DNA of 64,000 nucleotides from Candidatus Hydrogenedentota bacterium (GCA_963668025.2 CAXXTH010000017.1:224001-288000); one strand, 5' to 3'. Counted from the stretch's first letter, positions 18,939 to 29,505 are shown. The notes: a model not told the origin generated them from the letters alone. Program-made: numbers and translations.

Positions 18939-20846
18939 ATGGCCCGCCTGTTTTATATCCCCAGGTGGGTGTGGGCCGCCGCCCTTGGCCTGGCCGCTCT
19001 TGAACCCGCAGCCTATCTGTGCTTCGAATACGCCATCCCACAAGGCAGCGCCCCGACGGGCATGCGCATCCAAGATGACGCCCTATTCCGAGTGTCCATG
19101 CGCATGGCCGAATCGGGATTTTATTCGCCCTATGCCCCTCCAGATGCGCCGTTGGGCCCTCATTCCATTCACTATTTTCGCACCCCCTATTATTGGCTGT
19201 ATGGAGCCGTGGGCCTTGCGCGCTGGGCGCTTGGACTGGATGAGTTCATTGCACTGGGCATCGCCAATGGCATCGGCGCGCTGCTTTATTTATTGGCGGT
19301 ATTTATCTTTTTTCGAGAAGCCGCGCCTCGCCTAGCGAACTCCGCGTTCTTGCTGTTTATCCTGGCGGGCGGATGCGGCGGCGTCCTGTATGGCCTTTCC
19401 CTGGCCATGGGCTGGACCAGCGCGCCAGGCTTCGAAGACGCATTCCGCCGGTTCGCGGTCTACCAGCTTATCGAAGGAGCCTATATCTATCCCTACCTGC
19501 AAATATCTAGGCTCTATTACACCATTCCCCTTGCCATGGGATTCCTGGGATTAACACTTTTCTGGCGCTGGCTTAAAGGAAACGGCTCCCAGCGCGGCCT
19601 ATGGGCGTCTGGCCTCCTGCTGTTCGCCGCATGCTGGATCAACCAGCGATTAGGCCCGCTGTTTTGGGCGGCGGCAATATGCTACTCCCTCAGCCGCAAT
19701 GGACGGCCTTGGCGGCAGGCGTGGACCGGCCATGCGGCCTGGGGAATGGCCATAGGAGCCTCGAGCCTGGCGAGCTGGGCCATGATGACGCCCCAATTCA
19801 AGGCCTCCACTGAGCATTCGAACGCCGCTACGATTTGGCTGACTCCATTTGTTTGCGCGGCATGCCTGCATCTCCTGCTGATTCCCCGCGCCATCCAGCG
19901 CGGCATAGCCGCCATACCCCTGCCTGCGCGATTATGCGCGGGAGCCGGCCTCGGCTATATCACCGCTTACACGGCCCTGTTTGCCTGCTACCAGCTCTAT
20001 TACGGAAATCTAACCATTTTGAGAGACGCCCCAGCGGCGGTGGCCGTGTCGGATTGGGCGCTCCTCGGGGCCTTGGCGGGAGGTATTCTCCTGTACTTCC
20101 GGCGGCGTGCTCCCGCGCTTCCATCAGATTCCATCGATGGCGAAGACTGGGCCAGCCTATGGTTTCTGGCATTCCTGGCGGGCGGCCTTGGCGCGTTCAT
20201 CGGCGGATGGACCCTTCGCTTCTCGCCATATAAACTGTTGGTGTTAATGGGTGCGCCGCTATGCCTGTTAGCGGCGTCCACATTGACGGATATACGCCGC
20301 GGCCATCCCCGGGGGGCCTATGCGTTGTGGACCGCATTGCTCACCTCAGGCGTCCTATCCATCCTGATGGCGTGGCTGTTTTTCCAGGGGCCTTTCGGGT
20401 GGCGCACGGGCGAAGGGGCCTTCGCTCCGCTTCATGTAGGCGCGATGACGGAAGCGGATGCCCGCGTGCTCGAGCAGCTTCCGGAAGGCCGCGTGCTCGC
20501 TCCCGCCACCATGCCGCTATTCGGCGATATCGCCGTGGTGCGGTATAATCGCCGGGCCGTCTTTGGCGAGGGCATGCTTGGAATCCCATGGCCCGCGCTC
20601 GATGAAATCCGCCGCGATGTAGACCGGTTTTTCGCTCCGGATACGCCCGATGCCGAGAGGCAGGCAATCGCCATGCAATGGCATGTGGGCAGTGTGTTTT
20701 GTCCCGATTCGACGCCCGTGGACGCGCGCACCATGGCCGCATTGCGCGCCGCGCCATGGCTTCATGAAACGGCCCATGCGGAACGGGCGGCGTTGTTTGT
20801 TGTGCATCCATACACACCGGCAGAAACAGAAAGGACATCCCCGTGA
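18939..20846 (+). CDS. Polytopic membrane protein (possible GT-C-fold glycosyltransferase), paralog 1
   Basis: Many TM helices and an acidic QDD motif after TM1. Shares GFYSPY, LGIANG, RLYYT, YQLYYGN, FQGP with the next gene. Confidence 0.6.
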   Translation: MARLFYIPRWVWAAALGLAALEPAAYLCFEYAIPQGSAPTGMRIQDDALFRVSMRMAESGFYSPYAPPDAPLGPHSIHYFRTPYYWLYGAVGLARWALGLDEFIALGIANGIGALLYLLAVFIFFREAAPRLANSAFLLFILAGGCGGVLYGLSLAMGWTSAPGFEDAFRRFAVYQLIEGAYIYPYLQISRLYYTIPLAMGFLGLTLFWRWLKGNGSQRGLWASGLLLFAACWINQRLGPLFWAAAICYSLSRNGRPWRQAWTGHAAWGMAIGASSLASWAMMTPQFKASTEHSNAATIWLTPFVCAACLHLLLIPRAIQRGIAAIPLPARLCAGAGLGYITAYTALFACYQLYYGNLTILRDAPAAVAVSDWALLGALAGGILLYFRRRAPALPSDSIDGEDWASLWFLAFLAGGLGAFIGGWTLRFSPYKLLVLMGAPLCLLAASTLTDIRRGHPRGAYALWTALLTSGVLSILMAWLFFQGPFGWRTGEGAFAPLHVGAMTEADARVLEQLPEGRVLAPATMPLFGDIAVVRYNRRAVFGEGMLGIPWPALDEIRRDVDRFFAPDTPDAERQAIAMQWHVGSVFCPDSTPVDARTMAALRAAPWLHETAHAERAALFVVHPYTPAETERTSP

Positions 20847-22720
20847 TTCGTGCGCATGCCGCGCGGCGGCATCGGACCCCGTTCCGGATATGGGCCATCA
20901 TCGCCGCCCTCGCCGCCATCACACCGGCGCAACACATCTGGCTCGCCTATTTCCCGCCAGCGGGAACAGCGCCCACGGGGCTTCATATCCTCGATTCGCT
21001 TTTTTTCTTGCAGACCATGCGCACGGTCGAAAACGGCTTCTTTTCGGCCTACGCCACATGCCAATCCACCTACGGCAGCCAAAGCTTTCATTTCTATAAT
21101 CTACCGAGTACGTGGTTATACTACGCAATCGGAGCAGCGGCGCGCGCTACAGGCATAAGCGACTTCATGGCTTTGGGCATTGCAAACGGCCTGGGCCTGT
21201 TCGCGTATCTGTGGGCGTCTTACAGGCTGTTTTTATGCATTGTCCCGCGTTTCGCTGGACTCGCCTTCACGTTTTTCAGCCTGGGCGGCGGACCCGGCGG
21301 GATACTCTACCTGCTCACCGGCGCACTGGGCCTTCATCAATCCCCGCAGTTTGACGCCTATTTCTTGCGTTACGCCATGTATGGCTTGATGGAAGGGCCG
21401 TTTTTATCCCCTATTCTCATGGCGCCCCGGCTCTACTATACCGTGACGCTTGCGCTGGGTTTTGCCAGCTTCACGCTGATCATTCGATATGTCCGGGGAG
21501 CGTCCTATGGCGCATTGCTCGGTTCCGCATGCTGCCTGGTTTTAGGCGCGTTTTTGTACGTACGCCACGGGCCCATGTTTTGGATGGTGATCATAGGCTA
21601 TGTGTTATCCGGAAAATTGTCCCGCCGCAGAATACATGCCGCAGCTACGGCGACGGCAGCCGTCGCCCTCGGCACGCTCCTGGTCTTTTTCCATATGCGC
21701 CTGGGTTCCGTGGACGCCCATCTCGCTTTTGACCGCACCGCCATGTGGTGGTCCCCGTTTCTGGGCGCGGCCATATTCCTGCTAATCCCCGCCATTCCCG
21801 CCGCCATCGCCTCCGCGAAGCCTCTTCCCCTTCTGCCTCGCTTGGCGTCGTTCGCATGTATGGGGTACATCGGGCTGTATGCGATTTTATATGTGCTCTA
21901 CCAAGTCTATTATGGTAATTTCTGGCTTTGCCTTGACGCCACGGTGGCTATCCGGATGTGCGATTGGGCGCTGTTGGGCGCGCCCATCGGCGCGGCGTAT
22001 GGATGGCGATGCAAGCCCAGCGCGTTGAAACCGGCCATGCCCGGCTGGGTGGCGCTGTGGTTTGTCCTGTTTTGCAGCGCCGCGTTTTCCGCTCTCGGCC
22101 AAGGCTGGACCTTGATATTTTTACCCCAGCGCGCCATGGCCATGTTGGGCGCGCCCCTCGCATTGCTCGCGGCGGCGGGTGTGTATCGCTGGCGTACGGC
22201 ACACCCTGGCTGGGTGAAAATGGCTGCCTTCTGCATTGTTGGCTGCGGCATATGCTCGATAGCCGTAGGGGCCCTTTGCTTTCAAGGCCCCCTGGGCCAC
22301 CGGCCCGGCCAGGGGCCATACGCGCGCATTCATCACGAACTGATGACGCCCATTGATGCGGAAATGCTGGCCCGCCTCGAGCCTGGCTATGTGCTGATAC
22401 CCCCCGAAGGCGCGCCCCGCTTGGGTGACATCGCCGCCCTCCGGCCTGGAATCCAAACCGTAGTCGGCGTCGGCACGTGGGGTTTGTCCGATCAGCCCAT
22501 TTTCAAGATGCTCGAACGGACGCAAGAATTCTTTACGCCCGGCCAACAAGCGGAAAATAGAGCCACATTCCTGCGCGAGTGGTGTGTGAACCATGTGTAT
22601 TGCCCCGAAGTTCCCGCCGTGAATCCAGAAGTCGTGGAAGAATTGCGCGCACTCCCGATGCTGGAAGTCCTCGCGGAATCCGGCCATGCCGTGCTGTTCC
22701 GCGTCCGCCATGAAGAGTAA
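20843..22720 (+). CDS. Polytopic membrane protein, paralog 2
   Basis: GTGA overlap with the previous gene and the same motif order. Confidence 0.6.
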   Translation: MIRAHAARRHRTPFRIWAIIAALAAITPAQHIWLAYFPPAGTAPTGLHILDSLFFLQTMRTVENGFFSAYATCQSTYGSQSFHFYNLPSTWLYYAIGAAARATGISDFMALGIANGLGLFAYLWASYRLFLCIVPRFAGLAFTFFSLGGGPGGILYLLTGALGLHQSPQFDAYFLRYAMYGLMEGPFLSPILMAPRLYYTVTLALGFASFTLIIRYVRGASYGALLGSACCLVLGAFLYVRHGPMFWMVIIGYVLSGKLSRRRIHAAATATAAVALGTLLVFFHMRLGSVDAHLAFDRTAMWWSPFLGAAIFLLIPAIPAAIASAKPLPLLPRLASFACMGYIGLYAILYVLYQVYYGNFWLCLDATVAIRMCDWALLGAPIGAAYGWRCKPSALKPAMPGWVALWFVLFCSAAFSALGQGWTLIFLPQRAMAMLGAPLALLAAAGVYRWRTAHPGWVKMAAFCIVGCGICSIAVGALCFQGPLGHRPGQGPYARIHHELMTPIDAEMLARLEPGYVLIPPEGAPRLGDIAALRPGIQTVVGVGTWGLSDQPIFKMLERTQEFFTPGQQAENRATFLREWCVNHVYCPEVPAVNPEVVEELRALPMLEVLAESGHAVLFRVRHEE

Positions 22721-22730
22721 TGGGCTTCGG

Positions 22731-23843
22731 CTATATAGTTCGATTAGTACAGTTAAGCCTTCGAATATGCTGTATTCCCCACCACGAGAGCGCCGCCAGC
22801 AATCCGTAATATTTCAGGCCAAGCCGGGCTGGATGATCCGCTGGATCATTGGGATCATATCCTTGCAAGGCCTCCTCGCCATCGCCCCAGCCGTCCCCGT
22901 CGCTATCCCATCGCATGGGATCGGTGCCGGTATGCGATATGCCTTGAAAAACGCCATCATTCGATTCCACATGATTATAGAGTCCATCGCCATCGCTGTC
23001 GGTGGCAATCCCCGCTTCGGACCAATAGTCCGTTTTCCAATAGGGCGTATTCTGTATGCCCCGGTTGTCCACGGCGGGAACAGCAGGCCAAATGGCGGCA
23101 GGCTCCGAGCCCCACCAGCCTAACTGGAAAACCGTGAGGCTGCCTGGATCAAAATCGTTGAACGCAAGGCAGAACCGGAATGACTCGTGGCCGCCGTCCG
23201 TGAGCGCCAATCCCGGGGCGATCCCTCGTAGGCGTATTTCATAAAAGGTCCGCTGTAGCATCTCATCGCGGAGATAGGCGAAAGCGGCATGTGATTCGGG
23301 AATGGGCTCGCGTGTGCCATATTGTCCGAGCGCCACCGTATGTCCGGTGGCCTTATCAAGCACATTGCCCACGAAACGCGCCTGGATAGGCCCGGCCGAT
23401 TCAGTCCAAAACTGGACTTGGCTTGGGCTGGAAATCCCCAATTCAACGTTTTCCCGGCCCGAGAGATCGACAAAAACCTCGATGCCGTCTTCAGCGGCCA
23501 AATCGGCCATTGGATTCGCCGTCACATCGTCAACGGGGGGATGAGTCTGGAAATCATCGTATGCTTCCGCCAGAAAATACAGATCATTTCCATGGCAGGC
23601 GGCTTTAAAACGGCCCGCCCAGTCCGCTGTCGAGCCGGGTGGCGTAGCGCCCCACATAAGGTCATTGCAAGCCACCCACTCGATTGCCGCCCAGCAGGGA
23701 TCCTCGGCGCCGTCGATAACGGGAGCGGCCTCGAGCGGCAAGAACCACACTTTATACTGGCCATTGTGGGGCCACGAGGCGCAAGCGTCCATCGCGGCCC
23801 ACACGGTCCATATCGCAACGAACCATCCGCTCATAGCGCGCAT
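22731..23843 (-). CDS. Secreted CBM9-like sugar-binding protein with TSP3-like Ca-binding repeats and C-terminal anchor
   Basis: APVIDG..D..W, LYFLAEAYDD, DGIEVFVD. DSDGDGL / GTDP..WDSDGDG repeats. Hydrophobic tail followed by RR. Confidence 0.7.
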   Translation of the reverse strand: MRAMSGWFVAIWTVWAAMDACASWPHNGQYKVWFLPLEAAPVIDGAEDPCWAAIEWVACNDLMWGATPPGSTADWAGRFKAACHGNDLYFLAEAYDDFQTHPPVDDVTANPMADLAAEDGIEVFVDLSGRENVELGISSPSQVQFWTESAGPIQARFVGNVLDKATGHTVALGQYGTREPIPESHAAFAYLRDEMLQRTFYEIRLRGIAPGLALTDGGHESFRFCLAFNDFDPGSLTVFQLGWWGSEPAAIWPAVPAVDNRGIQNTPYWKTDYWSEAGIATDSDGDGLYNHVESNDGVFQGISHTGTDPMRWDSDGDGWGDGEEALQGYDPNDPADHPARLGLKYYGLLAALSWWGIQHIRRLNCTNRTI

Positions 23844-23858
23844 GGCGTGTCCTTCCGG

Positions 23859-24989
23859 CTATTTGGGCTTTTGCACGAAATCGAGGTAACTGGACACCAT
23901 CTTCGTTTTGGCCTTATCCCGCGCGGCCTTAAGGGCGGCGGCCTCGTCCGCACCCGTCACGGGGCCGAATTCGAGGTGGAATGTTCTGCTCTCGCCGGGC
24001 TTGAGCGAGTGCAACAGGCCATGCTGTTTATCCACGGCCCATCCTTGGACGCCGCAGGTGCAAGGCTCGAAACCAGTTACATATGCCTGTTCGCCCATCT
24101 GCTTCCAATGCGTGAAACGGGGCAGTTCATTCTTGTTGAACTTCACATACACGCCAAAGCCATTACCCTCTTCGAAACCATTATTGAGAATGGCGCAGGT
24201 GACGGAGCCGTCTTTGGCTGCCTGCATATCATGATAATACACCTTTTCGGCGTAGTTTGAAGTGGGCGCATCACATTTCCACCAGTTCTCCTGGCCATTA
24301 ACAGCCTCGCCGTCGCGCGGTGCAATCGAGGCGCTCGGCGACGCCATCTCGGAGCCTTCATCGAGCGCGGGCCATCCGATATTGCAATGATAGAGAAGCT
24401 GGAATGGCTGGGGCGCGAAACTGTCATTCGTCAACACGTCTTCGATGGAAAAGCTGCGGCTGCCCAGTTTTGTGGAGACCGTGCGAGTAAGCACTAAATT
24501 CTCGCCGAAAAGCCGTGTTTCACGCATCGAGCCAGATACGCTCAACACATAGTCATTGCCTTGCCATTCTTGCGTAACCTTGATATTGCGCGCCGGGATA
24601 TTGCCGATCCGGCCATGAAGGCCATTCCCGTTTAGCTCACTGCCTTCGGCGGGAGAGCCCACATTGATCAGCCCGCACGTGGTTACAAGCCCTCCCGTAA
24701 AAGAGCGCAGCGGCCTCAAGCCTTCCGTTTCAAAATACTGCGGAGCCACATCGCCCGTCGAGGAGCGCCAGCCCATCGCTTTGCCTTGGAACGACGCGGC
24801 GGCGATATCCAGGCAGCGGTCCAGCATCACCGTGAATTCCAGCCCGCTCCCCGTGTGGAATAGGGCGGCGCGCACGGGCCGCTCATTGCCATCGTCAAAC
24901 TGGACCAGCCGAATCCCCGCGATTTGGTCCATATTCCCTACGCGCTTGCGCAAGGCATTCGTAGTCGCTTTTTTACCATAGAGTTCCAT
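23859..24989 (-). CDS. Aldose 1-epimerase-like protein (DUF4432)
   Basis: GSGLEFTV..DR.LDI, GGLVTTCGL, LHGRI, LLYHCNIGWP, GFEP. Confidence 0.88.
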   Translation of the reverse strand: MELYGKKATTNALRKRVGNMDQIAGIRLVQFDDGNERPVRAALFHTGSGLEFTVMLDRCLDIAAASFQGKAMGWRSSTGDVAPQYFETEGLRPLRSFTGGLVTTCGLINVGSPAEGSELNGNGLHGRIGNIPARNIKVTQEWQGNDYVLSVSGSMRETRLFGENLVLTRTVSTKLGSRSFSIEDVLTNDSFAPQPFQLLYHCNIGWPALDEGSEMASPSASIAPRDGEAVNGQENWWKCDAPTSNYAEKVYYHDMQAAKDGSVTCAILNNGFEEGNGFGVYVKFNKNELPRFTHWKQMGEQAYVTGFEPCTCGVQGWAVDKQHGLLHSLKPGESRTFHLEFGPVTGADEAAALKAARDKAKTKMVSSYLDFVQKPK

Positions 24990-25313
24990 GACTGTATCTC
25001 CTTCCGCTTACAGAACAAGAGCCTATCATTTCAGAATAGGCGGGCTGTTGCAAGGCTGCGCCAAATCCAGAGAAAACCCGTGAAAAATATCCCCGGCGCC
25101 GCACAATAACACAACTGTCCGCAGCCTTGCCAACAAAGGCACATGCAGATAGGGCGGTCGCATTTAAAATAATCCCAAATTGGCCTCAAGAAGCACAAGG
25201 GACACAAAAATAAACGAGGGTGCCTCTGCGCGGCGGGGGGACCACGCAGAGGCTGGGGGTAGGAGGAAGAGCAGGGGTAGAAACGCCGCTGGGTGTCAGC
25301 GGCGGAATCAGCA

Positions 25314-25748
25314 TTAATTAAACTGGATCGCGATATGCTTCGGCTTATCTTCTTCTTGCTTAGGCACTTCGAGCGTCAGCACGCCATCCGCATACGTGGC
25401 GCGCACTTCACCGCCGCCTACGCCTTTCGGAAACGCCAACGTCCGCTTGAAGAGGCCTTTGCGCCGTTCGGAGCGGAGCATTTTAGCGCCGCCTTCTTCC
25501 TGTTTCCGCTCGGCGCTTATCGTAAGGGTGTCTTGTTCGAGCGCCACTGCAATCTCGTCTTTCTTAACGCCGGGCAGATCGATTTGGATGACATAGCCGG
25601 ATTCTGTTTCTCGCGCATCCATCGGGGGAATCCATTCTTGTTTCGTGGCGGCGCTTTCTCCGAAAGCCCGATTAAAGGCCTCTTGCATGCCTTGCCATGC
25701 CGTAGCCGAGGGTGAACACGTTGCGTTGTGGCAGTCCATATATCGCAT
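25314..25748 (-). CDS. Hsp20/alpha-crystallin small heat-shock protein
   Basis: WIPPMD..ET, DLPGV.KDEI, ERR.G.F.R, ATYADGVLTLEVPK. Confidence 0.93.
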   Translation of the reverse strand: MRYMDCHNATCSPSATAWQGMQEAFNRAFGESAATKQEWIPPMDARETESGYVIQIDLPGVKKDEIAVALEQDTLTISAERKQEEGGAKMLRSERRKGLFKRTLAFPKGVGGGEVRATYADGVLTLEVPKQEEDKPKHIAIQFN

Positions 25749-25821
25749 TGCTTGCTCCTTTTCTAGCTCGTTGCACCGGTGTATCCCCGGCTCCGAGTGT
25801 TTTACCGTTCGGCATGGCAAG

Positions 25822-25838
25822 AGCAATGGGTGTGCCAA
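25822..25838 (-). promoter_or_regulatory. Sigma54 -24/-12 promoter of the hsp20 gene
   Basis: Minus strand TTGGCAC-ACCCA-TTGCT matches TGGCAC-N5-TTGC, about 75 bp upstream of the ATG. Confidence 0.75.
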
Positions 25839-25985
25839 GAAAAGAAAAGGCGCAAAAAGGCCCGTTTTTCAACGAAATGGGGCGGAAAAGAGGAAAGGGG
25901 CTTTTTGTGGACGTTTCAATTTGCCATACCAGTGTTTCAGGATGAAGCGTCCCCGGGGCAGGCATGTCGCCATTCATAAATAACA

Positions 25986-26013
25986 CGGGCGCTCCCACCG
26001 AGGGGAGCGCCCG
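25986..26013 (-). terminator. Probable terminator hairpin after rpsI
   Basis: cgggcgctccc ... gggagcgcccg stem followed on the minus strand by TGTTATTT. Confidence 0.7.
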
Positions 26014-26041
26014 CGAAATGGCACAAGTAAAAAATCGTGTT

Positions 26042-26440
26042 CTAGCGCTTGGAAAACTGGAAGCGTTTGCGTGCGCCCGGCTGGCCGTACTTTTTACGCT
26101 CCACTTCACGCGCATCACGCGTAAGCAGGCCTGCACGCCTTAACACGGGGTGCATGCCCTCATCCGTTTCCGCCAAGGCCCGGGCGATGCCCAGCCGAAG
26201 CGCTCCCGCTTGGCCGGATAAGCCGCCGCCAGCACAACGGGCGCGGACATCAAATTTATCCACCGTATCCGTTGCCAGGAACGGCTGCTTGGCCAGCATG
26301 ACCAACACCTCGCGCGCCAAATACTGCTCGACGGGCCGCCCATTGACGATAAGCTTCCCCGTGCCTGGGCTGAGGCGCACACGCGCACTTGCGGCCTTGC
26401 GGCGTCCGATAGTTACGACTTCCTTAATGGGTGCTGCCAC
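26042..26440 (-). CDS. rpsI: 30S ribosomal protein S9
   Basis: GRRK.A.ARV, GGGLSGQAGA, LTRD.R.VERKKYG..GARK.FQFSKR. Confidence 0.98.
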   Translation of the reverse strand: MAAPIKEVVTIGRRKAASARVRLSPGTGKLIVNGRPVEQYLAREVLVMLAKQPFLATDTVDKFDVRARCAGGGLSGQAGALRLGIARALAETDEGMHPVLRRAGLLTRDAREVERKKYGQPGARKRFQFSKR

Positions 26441-26465
26441 GGTCTACATTCTCCTTGCTGTGCGT

Positions 26466-26900
26466 CTATTTGCCCATGGGGTGGATGTTGGGGAGCTGCG
26501 CGTCATGGGGGTGGTCCGCCCCTGCATAAACTCGTACGCCCCGAAGGAGTTTCCGGCCCATGCGGTTATGGGGCAACATGCCCTTCACCGCCAACATCAT
26601 GGCCCGAGTTGGATGCTTTTCCATAAGGCCGCTATACGTCCATTCCCGCATGCCGCCTTTATACCCCGAGTGGGAGTAATACTTTTTCTGCTCTTCTTTA
26701 GCGCCCGTAACACGCGCTTTCGCGGCATTAATAATAATGACGTGGTCGCCGCAATCGAGATAGGGCGTAAACTGAGGTTTGTGTTTGCCGCGCAGCAATT
26801 TCGCCGCTTCAGCAGCAACGCGCCCGAGCACTAAGCCTTCCGCATCCAGGATCAACCACTTTTTTGTTATATCTCCCTCTTTGGGGACGTATGTCTTCAC
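26466..26900 (-). CDS. rplM: 50S ribosomal protein L13
   Basis: W.ILDA.G..LGR.A, LRGKHKP.FTP.LDCGD, AVKGMLP. Confidence 0.98.
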   Translation of the reverse strand: MKTYVPKEGDITKKWLILDAEGLVLGRVAAEAAKLLRGKHKPQFTPYLDCGDHVIIINAAKARVTGAKEEQKKYYSHSGYKGGMREWTYSGLMEKHPTRAMMLAVKGMLPHNRMGRKLLRGVRVYAGADHPHDAQLPNIHPMGK

Positions 26901-27191
26901 CGTTTCCTACCTCCGGCACGCAGTTTCGCGGGCGCAATAAACACTTCTTCCTAGAGATGAGCCGCGAAAGGATACCAAACGCCTGCAAGAATGTCAAGCG
27001 CGCTAGATTCATAAAAACTAGCCTGTCTTTTCCCTCAAACCGCCCAAAAGATAACAACTACGGAAATTATACATCCAAATGAGGCATAATAAAAACCATG
27101 AGGCCGGAGCCATGCCTCCCGGATTGTAGCGCATGGGTGCAACAGCCCTTTGAGCATGGCTGCCCGAGCCGATGAGGAATGCGGGCGTTTC

Positions 27192-28397
27192 ATGGATGCC
27201 GTTCAGGGAAAACAAGCGCCAATGCCGTCAAACGCGCATGGGTTGCCAGATAGGATTGCCGTCGCTGGCGGTTGGGGCTACATTGGCCGGAAAGTAGTGA
27301 ATGCCGCTCTCGAGCTGGGCATCGAAGTCTGCGTGCTGGACCCTGCCCCTTTTCCCGAGGAATTGCATGGCGTATATGGCTTGCGCATATACAAAGACCC
27401 AGAAGCCTTCTATGCGCTTCCCGCTGGATTTTTTCATCTGGCCTTGCATCCGCACATGCGCGCGGCCGCTCTCGAGCATCTATTCAAGCGGGCTGCTCGA
27501 GGCGAGGCGGTTTATGTACTCAACGAAAAACCAATGACGGCCCCAGAGACGCCGTGGGAATGCCATGAACTCATCAAGCTGGCCGAAGCGTCCCGCATAT
27601 ACATGGCGTTTGATTTTCTCGAACTCTTTGATCCGATGACGCAACACATCATGGATTACTTGTCCGGCTTTAATCAGGTGCAGTTTACCCGCATCTCGCT
27701 GCACCGCTCGAAAGACCGGGAGAATCCAGATAATCCCCGAAATTATAAAGTCATCACCCCCATCCCATATCAAGAAACGGTCCACGACTTTGCATTCCTA
27801 TTGGCCATTCTGGGCCATACGCATCCAGGCGGCCTCCCGGCGGTGCTTGAGCAGCCGCTCTCGCTGCAAGGAAAATCCGAACCGTACATCCCGCCTAATC
27901 CCGCTGATTATCCCTACATGGTGGATGGGCGCACGGAGGGATGCATGGCCCTGGGCAAGGCCAAGGCCCATTTCTACACCGATTTTAAGGCGGGCGCTCC
28001 GTTCCAAAAAACAAAAATACTCGAAGGCATGGCCGACAACACGCCGTTCCGCATCGAAGCGAATTATCTAGAAGGCGCCAAATACCTTCGCATCAACAGC
28101 GAAGACCAAGGCTTCGCCCCGGATAGCAATACATACCAAGCCATCATTCGCCAGCTCTGGCGCTGGCGGAACCGGCTCCAGTGGGAAACATTCACCCATG
28201 GGCTATATCCCAATATGGCTTTCGCGCGCTGGACTTATCTGCTCTCCGCCGCACTTTGGGACGCCTGCCATTCGCATCAAACCGTGCTGATACCTGGCAA
28301 AAACGCACTCTTGTCTTATGCGCCGTCCTTTCCCGCCGCTGTACGGAAACTGCCCGCCTACGCCGCAAGAACGCGCCAGGAGATGCCCGCGGGCTGA
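27192..28397 (+). CDS. Gfo/Idh/MocA-like NAD(P)-dependent oxidoreductase
   Basis: IAVAGGWGYIG Rossmann motif and the EKP motif. Start uncertain. Confidence 0.6.
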   Translation: MDAVQGKQAPMPSNAHGLPDRIAVAGGWGYIGRKVVNAALELGIEVCVLDPAPFPEELHGVYGLRIYKDPEAFYALPAGFFHLALHPHMRAAALEHLFKRAARGEAVYVLNEKPMTAPETPWECHELIKLAEASRIYMAFDFLELFDPMTQHIMDYLSGFNQVQFTRISLHRSKDRENPDNPRNYKVITPIPYQETVHDFAFLLAILGHTHPGGLPAVLEQPLSLQGKSEPYIPPNPADYPYMVDGRTEGCMALGKAKAHFYTDFKAGAPFQKTKILEGMADNTPFRIEANYLEGAKYLRINSEDQGFAPDSNTYQAIIRQLWRWRNRLQWETFTHGLYPNMAFARWTYLLSAALWDACHSHQTVLIPGKNALLSYAPSFPAAVRKLPAYAARTRQEMPAG

Positions 28398-28406
28398 AAG
28401 CGCCCG

Positions 28407-29357
28407 TTATGCCTTGCGCTTATCCCGCCGATCAGCAGGCGCGCCGCCTTCCCCCCGCACGCCAGCCAGAAAATCCCATATCCCGCGGATAAATGCCTTG
28501 TGGGCGGGCCAATTGGCGAATCCATATGCGCGCACTTGCCAGTACAGCGTGCGCATGTAATGCAGCGAATGCCGGAGAATGCCTAGCGGTTTTCCATAAC
28601 GGAAAAGGCAGATCAAACGGTTGCGGGTGAAAAAATAAGTGATGAAGGGGGAAATATGCCCTGTGGTCTGGCCGTGGGCATGAATGACCTCGGCTTGCCC
28701 CACCGTGAGCAATTTATAACCCTTCCGCAAGAACCGGCAGCATAAGTCGTAGTCCTCCCAATTCGTGAACAGGCGTTCGTCAAAAAGCCCCACTTCCCGA
28801 AGCGCCTCGGGCCGGAACATCACCGCGCACGCGGGGGCGAAACCCGTTTCTACCGTGGCCCGGTATTCCTCCGTGAGCAGTTCGCCTTCGTGCAAGTGGG
28901 AATGATAGGCGCAATCCGGGACGATCACGCCCGAGTGGAAATCCATGCGCTTTTCCTCACCCGGACGCAACAGCACGGCGGAGGCCATCGCGGCATCGGG
29001 CCTTTGTTCCATGGCATCCGTGAGATGCTGGATGGCGTCCGCATGCACGATGGTGTCGTTATTCAGCAGGAAGACATAATCCGCTCCCATATCGAGGGCG
29101 CGCTCGATGCCGCGATTGCATCCGCCGGTAAAGCCATAATTGCGGTCGAGCTGGACCGTCTCGATATGCGGAAACCGTTTTTTAAGCATTTGGCAAGAAG
29201 GCGGATTGGTGCCATTGTCCACCACCACGATATCGGCGGCGGGATAATTGCCGGATTCGATGGATTCTATACAGCGGGATGTCATTTCCGTATCATTCCA
29301 GGTGAGAATCACCGCAATGACATAAGGCGCTGTATGGGAAGCCGTATTATCGCGCAT
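28407..29357 (-). CDS. Family 2 glycosyltransferase
   Basis: VVVDNG, NYGFTGGCN.GI, LLNND, VGLFDE..F...EDYDLC.R. Confidence 0.93.
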   Translation of the reverse strand: MRDNTASHTAPYVIAVILTWNDTEMTSRCIESIESGNYPAADIVVVDNGTNPPSCQMLKKRFPHIETVQLDRNYGFTGGCNRGIERALDMGADYVFLLNNDTIVHADAIQHLTDAMEQRPDAAMASAVLLRPGEEKRMDFHSGVIVPDCAYHSHLHEGELLTEEYRATVETGFAPACAVMFRPEALREVGLFDERLFTNWEDYDLCCRFLRKGYKLLTVGQAEVIHAHGQTTGHISPFITYFFTRNRLICLFRYGKPLGILRHSLHYMRTLYWQVRAYGFANWPAHKAFIRGIWDFLAGVRGEGGAPADRRDKRKA

Positions 29358-29457
29358 GTGGCGAACTCCTACGAGTAATCCTTGCGTAAATGGAAAACCG
29401 CACCAGACATCGCCATAATACCGGCCTCGGCGAAGGCCTGCAAATCCGCCCCGTTTC

Positions 29458-29505
29458 GTAGCATGGGCGTCTCGTCCATGCGCATGGCCGGGACGGCCAT
29501 GCTAC
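29458..29505. repeat. GTAG-type REP doublet
   Basis: gtagcatgggcgtctcgtccatg-cg-catggccgggacggccatgctac, near-identical to 47300-47347. Confidence 0.75.
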
